From Candidatus Uhrbacteria bacterium (GTDB taxonomy: Bacteria; Patescibacteriota; Patescibacteriia; UBA9934), in assembly GCA_943359325.1 (NCBI GenBank), contig CALRHD010000006.1, positions 1-45,928 of the forward strand: a DNA stretch of 45,928 bases, read 5' to 3'. Below, piece by piece: positions 1-9,170 of the stretch. Positions within the stretch are counted from its first letter, which is position 1, and every line of letters starts with the position of its first letter. A program made the position numbers and the translations under genes. The notes beneath the pieces are model-generated. The model ran no database searches, was not told the origin of the DNA, and saw only the letters and a list, made by a program, of their open reading frames with translations.

Positions 1-696
1 AAGTTTGAAAAAACGCTGGCGCAAGGTTTGCGTGAGTTTGAAAAAATCTGGAACGTGAAAAATACAATTTCTGGCGAGGACGCATTTACACTTTATCAGT
101 CTTTTGGTTTTCCACTCGAAGTGACGCAGGAACTTGCGAATGAGCAAGGTCAAGAAGTCAATCGTGATGTTTTTGCGGCAGAGTTTAAAAAACATCAAGA
201 TCTCTCCCGTGCAGGCAGCGAACAAAAGTTTGCAGGTGGGCTTGCGGATCATTCGGTGGAGACAACGCGGTTGCACACGGCGACGCATTTGCTGCACCAA
301 GCGCTACGTGAAGTTCTTGGTGATCATGTTGGGCAAAAGGGGAGTAACATTACGGCAGAGAGAATGCGATTCGACTTTAGTCATGGTGAGAAGGTGACGC
401 AGGAACAGTTGGCGCAAGTTGCAGCGATCGTCAACGAACAAATTAAAAAAGATCTTCCTGTGCATTTTGAATTGTTGACAGTCGACGAAGCGAGGGCGCG
501 TGGGGCGATTGGGCTCTTCGGCGACAAGTATGCAACGCTCGGCGACAAGATGAAGGTTTATTTTGTTGGAGATTTCTCATCTGAAATTTGCGGTGGGCCG
601 CATGTTGCGCATACGGGAGAGCTCGGCGGATTCAAAATAGTCAAGGAAGAGGCTGTTTCGGCAGGAGTACGCAGAATAAAGGCTATTTTAGGCTAA
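1..696 (+). CDS. alaS: Alanine--tRNA ligase, 3' part (window-truncated); ends after the editing domain
   Basis: AFTLYQSFGFP, HTATHLLHQALR, RFDFSH, ICGGPHV and SAGVRRIKA motifs; frame open from base 1. Confidence 0.95.
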   Translation, partial: KFEKTLAQGLREFEKIWNVKNTISGEDAFTLYQSFGFPLEVTQELANEQGQEVNRDVFAAEFKKHQDLSRAGSEQKFAGGLADHSVETTRLHTATHLLHQALREVLGDHVGQKGSNITAERMRFDFSHGEKVTQEQLAQVAAIVNEQIKKDLPVHFELLTVDEARARGAIGLFGDKYATLGDKMKVYFVGDFSSEICGGPHVAHTGELGGFKIVKEEAVSAGVRRIKAILG

Positions 697-721
697 ATTT
701 GACAGAGTGGAGGGAGGGGTG

Positions 722-750
722 TGGACAAATAGGGGCATATATGCTATATT
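722..750 (+). promoter_or_regulatory. Putative sigma70 promoter for the cold-shock gene
   Basis: TGGACA-N17-TATATT with extended -10 TG; leader hairpin attctgcaa/ttgcagaat at about 782-809. Confidence 0.55.
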
Positions 751-823
751 ACAACCAGCAAAAAGACGCTGTGTAGAAGTTATTCTGCAAGCGAGCATTT
801 GCAGAATTATTAACGCATACACT

Positions 824-1021
824 ATGCAAGGAACAATCAAGCGCCTTACAGACCGCGGTTTTGGCTTCATCGCCCCCGAGGATGGTAGCGCAGACCTCTT
901 CTTCCACTCGAGCGAGCTCGTTGGCGTACAGTTCAACGACCTTCGCGAGGGCGACAAAGTGACTTTCGAAGTCATGCAGTCCGAGAAGGGTCCAAAGGCC
1001 GTGGGAGTTTCCCGCGCGTAA
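824..1021 (+). CDS. csp: Cold-shock protein (CspA family)
   Basis: MQGTIK..RGFGFI..DLFFHSS..GPKA, matching RNP1/RNP2 motifs; start moved to ATG 824. Confidence 0.95.
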   Translation: MQGTIKRLTDRGFGFIAPEDGSADLFFHSSELVGVQFNDLREGDKVTFEVMQSEKGPKAVGVSRA

Positions 1022-1034
1022 CCTTTACACAATC

Positions 1035-1060
1035 GCGCCCCGAAAGGGGTGCTTTTGTTT
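1035..1060 (+). terminator. Intrinsic terminator after csp
   Basis: gcgcccc-gaaa-ggggtgc followed by ttttgttt. Confidence 0.8.
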
Positions 1061-1070
1061 GGGGCAATTC

Positions 1071-1100
1071 TTGACACTCCACACATGGTTAGGCTACTAT
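1071..1100 (+). promoter_or_regulatory. Putative sigma70 promoter for the infA/ribosomal operon
   Basis: TTGACA-N18-TACTAT ending 8 nt before the infA ATG. Confidence 0.6.
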
Positions 1101-1108
1101 TGCGGGGC

Positions 1109-1324
1109 ATGGTAGAAAAAGTGTTTATCGAAATGCGCGGAGAGGTTCTTGAAGCCCTTCCTGCAGGTTCGTTCAGAGTCAAGCTCGAGAACGACCAAGA
1201 GATCATTGCTCACTTGTCGGGAAAAATGCGTCAAAATCGCATTCGTATCCTGCCGGGTGACGATGTCAAAGTTGAGATCAGTCCTTACGATCTCACAAAA
1301 GGACGCATCACGTTCCGCTTCTAG
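1109..1324 (+). CDS. infA: Translation initiation factor IF-1
   Basis: [47 protein letters not shown]. Confidence 0.97.
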   Translation: MVEKVFIEMRGEVLEALPAGSFRVKLENDQEIIAHLSGKMRQNRIRILPGDDVKVEISPYDLTKGRITFRF

Positions 1325-1427
1325 TGCGAACGACATGACGTCCTTCGATGAAATCATCCCGTTCCTTGTCGGATGATTTTATCGTAGAAGTGAGATCCGC
1401 CAGCTGGAGGAAAAAATAAAATACTTT

Positions 1428-1544
1428 ATGAAAGTTCGCGCATCGGTAAAACCAATGTGTCGCGATTGCCAGGTGGTTCGCCGCCAAGGTCGTGTGCACG
1501 TTATCTGCCCAAAGAGTCCCAAACATAAACAACGTCAAGGTTAA
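1428..1544 (+). CDS. rpmJ: 50S ribosomal protein L36 (not in ORF track)
   Basis: Manual translation [38 protein letters not shown]. Confidence 0.97.
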   Translation: MKVRASVKPMCRDCQVVRRQGRVHVICPKSPKHKQRQG

Positions 1545-1547
1545 GCT

Positions 1548-1934
1548 ATGGCACGTATTGCTGGAGTCACACTCCCAAACCAAAAACGCATCGTTATTGC
1601 AGTGCAATATATTTATGGCATTGGCAAAACGCGTGCGTCGCAGATTCTTGCAAAGGCAACGGTCGATGAAGATACTCGCGTGAAAGACCTGACACCAGAT
1701 CAGGAAAACGCTATTCGCCTGATTGTCGAAAAGGAATTTCGTGTTGAAGGCGAATTGCGACGCGAGGTACTCGGAAACGTGAAGCGTTTGAAAGATATTG
1801 GTGCGTACCGTGGTGTTCGTCACATGCGCAGTTTGCCGGTTCGTGGGCAGCGCACACGTACGAACTCGCGCACACGTCGCGGCAACGTGCGTAAAACTGC
1901 AGGCAGTGGTCGCCGTGCACTGACAAAGACGTAA
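1548..1934 (+). CDS. rpsM: 30S ribosomal protein S13
   Basis: [33 protein letters not shown]. Confidence 0.98.
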   Translation: MARIAGVTLPNQKRIVIAVQYIYGIGKTRASQILAKATVDEDTRVKDLTPDQENAIRLIVEKEFRVEGELRREVLGNVKRLKDIGAYRGVRHMRSLPVRGQRTRTNSRTRRGNVRKTAGSGRRALTKT

Positions 1935-1937
1935 TTT

Positions 1938-2405
1938 ATGACTGACGAAATTATCAAAACTGAAGTTGCTGAGGACGTTGTCGCCGCTCCTGTTGCGTCA
2001 AAGAAAGTTGACGCAAAAACACTCCGCACTGCGAAAGGGAAGAAGCGTGTGATACGCACCGTGCCGCAGGGTCGTGCGTACATTCACGCAAGTTTTAACA
2101 ACACCATCGTGACGCTCTGCGACGCGAACGGCAATACGATTGCATGGGCATCGGCAGGAAACTGCGGATTCAAAGGTCCGAAGAAAGCAACGCCATACGC
2201 CGCAAGCGTCATTGTGAAAAAAGTTACCGACCTTGTTGCGCCTTACGGTTTGAAAGACATTTCCGTTTTTGTCACAGGTATTGGTAATGGTCGCGACGGC
2301 GCATTGCGCGCACTGAACGGCAGCGGATTCAACGTACTCTCGATTAAAGACTTGACGCCCGTGGCGCATAATGGATGCCGCCCTCGCCGTGCACGTCGCG
2401 TCTAA
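1938..2405 (+). CDS. rpsK: 30S ribosomal protein S11 with N-terminal extension
   Basis: ASFNNTIVT..GFKGPKKATPYAA..DLTPVAHNGCRPRRARRV. Confidence 0.98.
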   Translation: MTDEIIKTEVAEDVVAAPVASKKVDAKTLRTAKGKKRVIRTVPQGRAYIHASFNNTIVTLCDANGNTIAWASAGNCGFKGPKKATPYAASVIVKKVTDLVAPYGLKDISVFVTGIGNGRDGALRALNGSGFNVLSIKDLTPVAHNGCRPRRARRV

Positions 2406-2410
2406 CGATT

Positions 2411-3034
2411 ATGGGAAAGACATTAAACAAATTGGGAAAGATGAGCCGTCGCGAAGGTATTCCGCTTTCCACAAGCGCGAGTATTTTGAAGCTCATGCAA
2501 AAGCGTCCATATGCTCCGGGGGTTCACGGCAAGGTCAACGCGGGTCGCCCGTCGCGTCTCTCTGTATTCGGTCAGCAGTTGCGTGAAAAGCAAAAGGCGA
2601 AGCGTTTGTACGGTATAATGGAACGACAGTTCCGCAAGTATTTTGCAAAAGCCTCGAGCTTGGAAGGCAATACAGGTGAACAGCTCTGCCGTTTGCTCGA
2701 GCTGCGACTGGACAACGCAGTGTTTCGCCTCGGTTTTGCGAAGACGCGTCCACAGGCTCGTCAGATGGTGAGTCATGGCATGTTCCTCGTGAATGGCGGT
2801 AAGGTCGACATTGCGTCGTATCAGGTACATATTGGTGACATCATCGAAATTCGCCCAGGCAAAGTCGACAAAAAAGTGTTCGGTGATCTCGACGACCGCA
2901 TAAAGTCTGCAATTGTCCCAGGTTGGCTGCACATGGAAGGAAAGAAAGGCAAAGTGGTAAGCGCTCCGGCAGGCGAGGACCTTAAGGAAGCATTTGACCC
3001 TAAACTCATCGTCGAGTTCTACTCGATGCGATAA
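2411..3034 (+). CDS. rpsD: 30S ribosomal protein S4
   Basis: RPYAPGVHG, QLREKQKAKRLYG, LELRLDNAVFRLG, IVEFYS; start moved to ATG 2411. Confidence 0.97.
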   Translation: MGKTLNKLGKMSRREGIPLSTSASILKLMQKRPYAPGVHGKVNAGRPSRLSVFGQQLREKQKAKRLYGIMERQFRKYFAKASSLEGNTGEQLCRLLELRLDNAVFRLGFAKTRPQARQMVSHGMFLVNGGKVDIASYQVHIGDIIEIRPGKVDKKVFGDLDDRIKSAIVPGWLHMEGKKGKVVSAPAGEDLKEAFDPKLIVEFYSMR

Positions 3035-3046
3035 TCGCCTTATTCT

Positions 3047-3790
3047 ATGGAGAATATTCTCCTTCCATCAAAGATGTACTTCACGAAAGGTGAACGTGAG
3101 CACGAAGGCGTGCTCACAATCGAGCCATTGCACCATGGGTATGGTGTGACAGTGGGGAACGCACTTCGCCGTGTGCTTCTTGCTTCACTTCCGGGTTCCG
3201 CAGTTGTCGCCATGAAAATCAAAGGCGTGCAACACGAATTCTCGGCAGTGAATGGCGTCAAGGAAGACGCGCTTGAAATCATGCTCAACCTGAAGCAGTT
3301 GCGCATGAAGGTGCACACAGAAGAGCCTGTTACCGTGAAGGTGACGTCAAAAAAGGCGGGTGTGTTGACCGCGGCCGATATCACGGCAAATGCGGACGTT
3401 GAAATCATGAATCCCGATCTCGTATTGTGTACGTTGACAGATAACGTACCATTTGACATGGACATTACCGTGTCACGCGGTCGCGGCTATCTGCCAACAG
3501 AAGAGCGTGAACATGCCACTACGGAAATCGGCGTTATGGCAATTGACGCGCTGTTCAGTCCTGTGCGCCAAGTCGGCATTCGTGTCGAAAACACGCGCGT
3601 TGGCGAAATTACAAACTACGACAAACTCGTCATGAACATTTTGACCGACGGAACAATTACATCGCAGGAAGCGGTCGAACATGCAACAAAAATTCTCCTC
3701 AACCATTTTACGTGGATTCAAAGTCAGTTGAGCCACGCGTCGCTTACCGAACAGATCGCTAAGGCCGCGGACGCTTCCGCTGAAGAGTAA
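3047..3790 (+). CDS. rpoA: RNA polymerase alpha subunit, short form lacking the C-terminal domain
   Basis: IEPLHHGYGVTVGNALRRVLL, HEFSAVNGVKED, IDALFSPV, NYDKL; 247 aa; lies between rpsD and rplQ. Confidence 0.96.
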   Translation: MENILLPSKMYFTKGEREHEGVLTIEPLHHGYGVTVGNALRRVLLASLPGSAVVAMKIKGVQHEFSAVNGVKEDALEIMLNLKQLRMKVHTEEPVTVKVTSKKAGVLTAADITANADVEIMNPDLVLCTLTDNVPFDMDITVSRGRGYLPTEEREHATTEIGVMAIDALFSPVRQVGIRVENTRVGEITNYDKLVMNILTDGTITSQEAVEHATKILLNHFTWIQSQLSHASLTEQIAKAADASAEE

Positions 3791-3791
3791 T

Positions 3792-4142
3792 ATGCGACAT
3801 CGCAGTACAAAAAAGACGTTCGGACGGCACACCTCGGCGCGAAAAGCGCTCGAGCGTGATTTGGTGACGAGTCTCGTGACATACGAGAAGATCGAAACCA
3901 CGATTGCGAAGGCGAAGTATTGTCGCCCCGCTATTGAAAAGCTTATCACCGACAGCAAACGCGGAGATTTGGCGACACGACGTGCGCTCATGGCGTATTT
4001 CGCAACCGAGCAGCCCGTCAAAAAGTTGCTCGAGGTGCTTGGTCCACGTTTTATGGATCGTACGGGAGGCTATACGCGCGTTACGCAGCTCGGCACGCGC
4101 AAGGGCGACAAAGCGCCAATGGCGTTGATTGAACTTGTATAA
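3792..4142 (+). CDS. rplQ: 50S ribosomal protein L17
   Basis: MRHR..FGR..IETTIAKAK..GGYTR..RKGDKAPMALIELV. Confidence 0.97.
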   Translation: MRHRSTKKTFGRHTSARKALERDLVTSLVTYEKIETTIAKAKYCRPAIEKLITDSKRGDLATRRALMAYFATEQPVKKLLEVLGPRFMDRTGGYTRVTQLGTRKGDKAPMALIELV

Positions 4143-4143
4143 T

Positions 4144-4503
4144 ATGACACCGAAAATCGAACATCCTCTCGTTGCGTTCGACGCGACGGACAAAATTCTT
4201 GGACGCTTTGCTTCGCAGATTGCGCGCTCACTTATGGGCAAGACGAGTCCTGCGTACCAGCCGCACATTGATTCAGGTGCAAAAGTCGTCGTGACAAACG
4301 TCGACAAAATTAAAGTTACAGGAAAAAAGATGGTGCAAAAAATGTACTATCACCACACGGGTCACCCAGGCGGTTTGCGCACAAAGAGCTTGCAGGCCAA
4401 GTGGAACGAAAGCCCGGCCGAAGTGTTGCGTATGGCAGTTTCGCGCATGTTGCCAAAGAACCGCTTGCGCACGGGACGTCTGTTGCGACTCAACATCAAA
4501 TAA
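4144..4503 (+). CDS. rplM: 50S ribosomal protein L13 (short)
   Basis: DATDKILGRFAS..GK..YYHHTGHPGGL..RMLPKNRL; start moved to 4144. Confidence 0.96.
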   Translation: MTPKIEHPLVAFDATDKILGRFASQIARSLMGKTSPAYQPHIDSGAKVVVTNVDKIKVTGKKMVQKMYYHHTGHPGGLRTKSLQAKWNESPAEVLRMAVSRMLPKNRLRTGRLLRLNIK

Positions 4504-4505
4504 TT

Positions 4506-4901
4506 ATGGCCGAAAAATATTTCCAATCCGTCGGGCGTCGCAAGTCCGCTGTTGCACAGGTTCGTCTTTTCCCTGAAGGGAACGGCACGATTACGGTCAA
4601 CGACAAACCAATGACGGAGTACTTCACCACGCCGCGTCTTCGTGCAGCAGTTATGGCGCCATTGACGCAGGCAGGGAAGGTAACGACGATGAACGTCACC
4701 GTGCGTGCCGTGGGCGGTGGTCCAGTCGGCCAAAGTGATGCCGTAAAACTCGGCATTGCTCGTGCACTCGTCATGTTCGACGCCGACAATAAACCCGGCC
4801 TCAAAGCGCAGCATTTACTTACACGCGATCCTCGCAAAAAGGAACGCAAAAAGTTCGGTAAACGCGGCGCCCGTCGCAGCCCACAGTGGCGCAAGCGTTA
4901 A
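4506..4901 (+). CDS. rpsI: 30S ribosomal protein S9
   Basis: GRRKSAVAQVRL, GGGPVGQ, LLTRDPRKKERKK.G..GARR.PQWRKR. Confidence 0.97.
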   Translation: MAEKYFQSVGRRKSAVAQVRLFPEGNGTITVNDKPMTEYFTTPRLRAAVMAPLTQAGKVTTMNVTVRAVGGGPVGQSDAVKLGIARALVMFDADNKPGLKAQHLLTRDPRKKERKKFGKRGARRSPQWRKR

Positions 4902-4916
4902 TGTATCAACGATGCC

Positions 4917-4950
4917 AAAACCCCTCGCTCATGCGAGGGGTTTTCTTTTG
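4917..4950 (+). terminator. Intrinsic terminator after rpsI (possibly bidirectional)
   Basis: aaaacccctcgc-tcat-gcgaggggtttt followed by ctttt. Confidence 0.85.
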
Positions 4951-4962
4951 GGATAACCGTGG

Positions 4963-5003
4963 CCGTGTGGTTTAGCCACATGGCGGGTGGCTAAACCACA
5001 TGG
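4963..5003. repeat. Inverted repeat upstream of the glycan operon
   Basis: tgtggtttagccac ... gtggctaaaccaca, 14-bp perfect arms extendable to 17 bp with one G-T pair. Confidence 0.8.
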
Positions 5004-5015
5004 TACGATGTTCTT

Positions 5016-6479
5016 ATGCTTAATCCGCAAACACTGGCGAAAAATACGATGTTTCTGACGGTCGCATCCGTCGGGCAAAAGGTGATTGCGTTTTTGTATT
5101 TTAGCGTTATCGCACGAACGATTGGGGTGGAGAATACGGGTGCATATTTTTTAGCGCTTGCCGTGGTGACAACAATCGGTGTGCTCGACGACGTAGGGTT
5201 GACGTCGGTGCTTATTCGTGAAGTCGCACGAGTACCAGAGAAGGCAAAAGAATGGACGCAAAACGTAATTGGGGCAAAGTGCATTGCGATGCCGCTCACC
5301 GTGCTCGTTGCATTCTTTGTGCCTGCAATGTTTGGCTACGACGGCGACTCGGCAACGCTGGTACGTATCGCGATTGCAATCATGCTTTCTGACACGCTGT
5401 CCCTCACATTTTATGGCGTACTGCGTGGTTTGCACGTACTGAAATATGAATCGCTTGGCATATTTGTGGGGCAGGGGCTTACGGCAGCGCTTGGCGCAGT
5501 ATTTTTGTTGACGGGGCACGGTACCCTGCCGCTTCTCGTTGTTGCCCTCATCGCGGGTAGCACATGGAATGCGGTATTTTCGGCGGTGCAGGTCGTGCGT
5601 CGACTTGGCATTGGTGTATTGCAGCCGTCGTTCTCGTTCGGACTTTCGCCGCTTCGTGCGGCGTCTGCGTTCTTTCTTGCCGCACTATTCGTCAAAGTGT
5701 ACTCGTACATTGATTCGTTCACGCTCAATGCCGTTATCGGTAAAGAGGCAGTGGGGTTATATAGCGTTGCATATAAATTGACGTACGCATTTCAATTTTT
5801 GCCAATGGCGTTTGTCGGTGCGTTGTACCCCACGTTCGCCGCACACGTCGGCAATATTCCCGCACTCCGTAAAACACTCATCGACGCACTGTGGTACGTT
5901 GCACTCCTTGCGGTGCCAATCGTATTCGGTATCTTTGCGCTTGCACCTGAAATCGTCCGCTACTTTTACGGTGCAGCGTACGCAGGTTCGGTACTTCCAC
6001 TTTCGATTCTTATTTTTGTTCTCCTTTTTATCTTTATCGACTTTCCGATCGGCGCACTGTTGAACGCGACAGGGCGACAAGTGACGAAAACAAAAATAAT
6101 GGGTGCGACGATGGTCGTCAATGCGGTCGCAAACATCGTACTCGTACCACGAATTGGCGTTCCAGGGGCGAGTGTCGCGGGACTCATCACCTTCATCTTT
6201 ATGTGTATGGCAGGGTGGTATTGCTTGCCGTCATCACTCGGCATTCGCCTCCGCGATCTTGTACGCAGCATTGGTGGCATTGTCGTTGCAGGTATCATAA
6301 TGTCTTTCGTGGTGATCGTGGTAAAACAGTATGTATATTGGATGCTCGCTGTTCCTGTTGGCGCAGCAGTATTTTTTGCGGCGCTTGTCGCGACAAAGTC
6401 ATTTACCATAGAACACGTCCGCACGTTCCGACACTCTCTTCGTTCCACATCGTATGCGAATACTCCTTCCGACTCTTGA
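5016..6479 (+). CDS. Polysaccharide flippase (Wzx/MOP superfamily)
   Basis: LAKNTMFL..ARTIG..G.Y; many TM segments; D...L......AVGLYSVAYKL motif. Confidence 0.85.
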   Translation: MLNPQTLAKNTMFLTVASVGQKVIAFLYFSVIARTIGVENTGAYFLALAVVTTIGVLDDVGLTSVLIREVARVPEKAKEWTQNVIGAKCIAMPLTVLVAFFVPAMFGYDGDSATLVRIAIAIMLSDTLSLTFYGVLRGLHVLKYESLGIFVGQGLTAALGAVFLLTGHGTLPLLVVALIAGSTWNAVFSAVQVVRRLGIGVLQPSFSFGLSPLRAASAFFLAALFVKVYSYIDSFTLNAVIGKEAVGLYSVAYKLTYAFQFLPMAFVGALYPTFAAHVGNIPALRKTLIDALWYVALLAVPIVFGIFALAPEIVRYFYGAAYAGSVLPLSILIFVLLFIFIDFPIGALLNATGRQVTKTKIMGATMVVNAVANIVLVPRIGVPGASVAGLITFIFMCMAGWYCLPSSLGIRLRDLVRSIGGIVVAGIIMSFVVIVVKQYVYWMLAVPVGAAVFFAALVATKSFTIEHVRTFRHSLRSTSYANTPSDS

Positions 6480-7449
6480 CGATCCGTCGTCTCACGGCGG
6501 TGTTGCACGCTACATAGACGCAATAGCAAAAACGTTTTCAAACGTTCGTGTTGTATTTGTCGACATCAAACATCTCACCCGATTTTTTTGGAACGCATAT
6601 CACGAATATGACGAGTTGTGGGTGCATCACGTTTTGCCGATCGGTACGCGCGCATGGATGTACCGAATGTGTGGGGGAAAACCCTATGTGATTTTTCTGC
6701 ATGGTCTTGATTTCGACCTTGCACGTCGCAATGTCTGGAAGCGTTGGCTCACGCGCCGCATTCTTCGCAACGCAAAAAACGTCGTGACGAATTCACATGC
6801 ACTCGCGAACGAGGTCGCTCTATTCGCGAGTATTCCCGATCCGCTTGTCGTCTATCCGTGCGTCGACGATGCACTTGTTGCTGCTGCATGTACTATCCTC
6901 CCATCCCACTATCCTCTCATCCCACTTCGCCTCCTCACTGTAGGACGATTGGTAGAACGCAAGGGTCATCTTACGGTTATTGAGGCAATAAAAGACGATG
7001 ATCGTTTTTCGTATACGATTGTGGGTGACGGGGAAATGAAGGAAGAGATTCAACAAAAAATTCGTGAGTATGCGCTTGAGGATCGTGTGCAGATTCACGG
7101 TAACGTCGACAATGTCGCGCTGGCGAATTTCTACATGAACGCCGATGTGTTTGTGATGCCTTCGCACAAATCCGCGAGCGATCGAGAGGGTTTTGGCATC
7201 GTCTATCTTGAAGCGGCGTTATTCGGTTTACCTGTTATTGCGGTGCGTCAGCCCGGAGTCGACGAGGCGGTTGTTGACGGTGAAACGGGTGTGTGTATCG
7301 AGGACGCTGTTGCTGTATTGCAGAGTACACTGAGACACATGGTGACCGACCCGACACGTGTAGGTGAAATGGGTTTGCGGGGCAGGGAGCGCGTGCTTGC
7401 CGAATTTACGCGTGAGAAGCAATTTGGTAGGCTTCGAGAGTTACTATGA
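6454..7449 (+). CDS. Glycosyltransferase family 4
   Basis: GGVARY, LLTVGRLVERKG, EGFGIVYLEA (EX7E), DGETG. Confidence 0.9.
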   Translation: MRILLPTLDDPSSHGGVARYIDAIAKTFSNVRVVFVDIKHLTRFFWNAYHEYDELWVHHVLPIGTRAWMYRMCGGKPYVIFLHGLDFDLARRNVWKRWLTRRILRNAKNVVTNSHALANEVALFASIPDPLVVYPCVDDALVAAACTILPSHYPLIPLRLLTVGRLVERKGHLTVIEAIKDDDRFSYTIVGDGEMKEEIQQKIREYALEDRVQIHGNVDNVALANFYMNADVFVMPSHKSASDREGFGIVYLEAALFGLPVIAVRQPGVDEAVVDGETGVCIEDAVAVLQSTLRHMVTDPTRVGEMGLRGRERVLAEFTREKQFGRLRELL

Positions 7450-8195
7450 AATCGCTTGTTTCCATCATCATCCCAACGTATCAACACGCACGAATCTTGC
7501 CGCAGTGTTTGGATTCTGTATTTCTACAAACGTACCCCGACATTGAAGTCATTGTGGTTGATGACGGCTCGACAGACGACACGCAGGACGTGCTTCGGTT
7601 GTATGCCGATCGTGTCACAATCATTGCGCAGAAAAATAGTGGGTCGAACAGAGCGCGCAATAGAGGTTTCGCAGCATCGTACGGCACATATATCATTTTC
7701 GTCGATGCGGATGTCATTATGCACCCCGAAATGATTGCACGATGTGTTGCAGCGCTTGACGATGACCGTGAGGCGAGCATTGCATATAGTGATTTCCGTT
7801 TCGGGTGGAAGCGGTTTTTCACGCCAACATGGGACGCCGAGCGATTGCATCGAATGAATTATATTCATACAACCTCACTTATTCGCCGTAGCGCCTTTCC
7901 AGGGTTCGACGAGTCAATTCGTCGATTTCAGGATTGGGATGTATGGCTGACCATGCTCGAACAAAAAAAACGTGGCGTGAAAGTCGACGGTATTTTGTTT
8001 CATTGTATCATTGACGGCGTATCGCGGATTGGTTCGTCGTGGCTGCCGTCGTTTGTGTACCGCCTTCCGTGGCACATGTTGCCGTGGGTTCCACAGCGCA
8101 TTGCGAAGTATGAGGAGGCACGTGATGTCATTTTGGCGAAGCATCATAGCGACCAAGCCGCGAGTGGTACTTTTCACGACTCGTGGAGGAAATAG
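7446..8195 (+). CDS. Glycosyltransferase family 2
   Basis: VSIIIPTY, VVDDGSTD, ARNRG, FVDAD, QDWD. Confidence 0.9.
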   Translation: MKSLVSIIIPTYQHARILPQCLDSVFLQTYPDIEVIVVDDGSTDDTQDVLRLYADRVTIIAQKNSGSNRARNRGFAASYGTYIIFVDADVIMHPEMIARCVAALDDDREASIAYSDFRFGWKRFFTPTWDAERLHRMNYIHTTSLIRRSAFPGFDESIRRFQDWDVWLTMLEQKKRGVKVDGILFHCIIDGVSRIGSSWLPSFVYRLPWHMLPWVPQRIAKYEEARDVILAKHHSDQAASGTFHDSWRK

Positions 8196-8284
8196 CACGA
8201 TTCAGTCGTCGAGTCCTATTCAGGATATATTCGACGATCGTAAGAGTGCTCCTCCGCGATGTCGGGAAAACGTACCCGAGCGGC
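8157..8284. repeat. Long imperfect hairpin element overlapping the GT2 3' end
   Basis: Nested pairings gccgc/gcggc, ggtac/gtacc, ttttcacgac/gtcgggaaaa, tcgtggagga/tcctccgcga, gcac/gtgc, gtcgtcgag/ttcgacgat. Confidence 0.65.
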
Positions 8285-8318
8285 GTAGGGAGCGTAGATA
8301 AAACTTGTACAAGACATT

Positions 8319-9167
8319 ATGCCAACACTCTCCATTGTCATTCTCACATACCACGAAGACATCGCCGTATTGCGCGATTGTTTTTCGAGTGTACGCGATT
8401 CGATTGGAGTTTCACCGGAAATTTTTGTGGTCGACAATGCACTGCGCGAAGAAACGGAAGAACTACTTTTTGAGATTCTCCCAAGCGCAACATACATACC
8501 GAACGCCGAGAATCGTGGGTTCGCAGCAGGTGTGAATCAGGGCATGCAAAAAAGCACGGGGAAGTACGTGCTGCTTCTGAATCCTGATACCGTACTACCA
8601 CCCGTCACACTTTCAAAAATGCTCGACTACATGGAGCGAGATGCCGGTGTTGGTATTGGCAGTTGCATCATTCGTTATCCCGACGGAAAGCTACAGGAAA
8701 GCATTCGACGGTTCCCGACGCTCATAGATCAGCTTGTGGTAATGTCGAAATTGCCGCATATTTTTCCACAACTCCTTGATCGCTATATGATGCGCGATGC
8801 CGACCCCGAGGCAACGAATGATGTGGACAGCATCATGGGCGCGTTCATGATGATTCGTCGCGGCGTCATCGATCATATAGGGCTTTTTGACGAGCGCTAT
8901 TTTATCTGGTTCGAAGAGGTTGATTATTGTAAAATGACGAAGGACGCGGGCTTCGCCATTCGTTCGTACGGCGATTGTCACATTGTGCATCACAAAGGGC
9001 ATGCATTCAGTAAGCTCGCGACTATTCGCAAGCAACGCTGGATTCGCGAAAGCATGCGAAAGTATTTCGCGAAGCACCATGGGCGTCTACCAAATCTTGT
9101 ACTCTGGTTGCTCGCACCGATATTTATCACCCTTGCATATTGCACCGCCATTATCAAGCGTCGCTAA
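8319..9167 (+). CDS. Glycosyltransferase family 2 (WbbL/rhamnosyltransferase-like)
   Basis: VVDNA, NRGFAAGVNQG, LLLNPDT, GAFMMIRR, FDERYFIWFEEVD. Confidence 0.88.
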   Translation: MPTLSIVILTYHEDIAVLRDCFSSVRDSIGVSPEIFVVDNALREETEELLFEILPSATYIPNAENRGFAAGVNQGMQKSTGKYVLLLNPDTVLPPVTLSKMLDYMERDAGVGIGSCIIRYPDGKLQESIRRFPTLIDQLVVMSKLPHIFPQLLDRYMMRDADPEATNDVDSIMGAFMMIRRGVIDHIGLFDERYFIWFEEVDYCKMTKDAGFAIRSYGDCHIVHHKGHAFSKLATIRKQRWIRESMRKYFAKHHGRLPNLVLWLLAPIFITLAYCTAIIKRR

Positions 9168-9170
9168 CCT

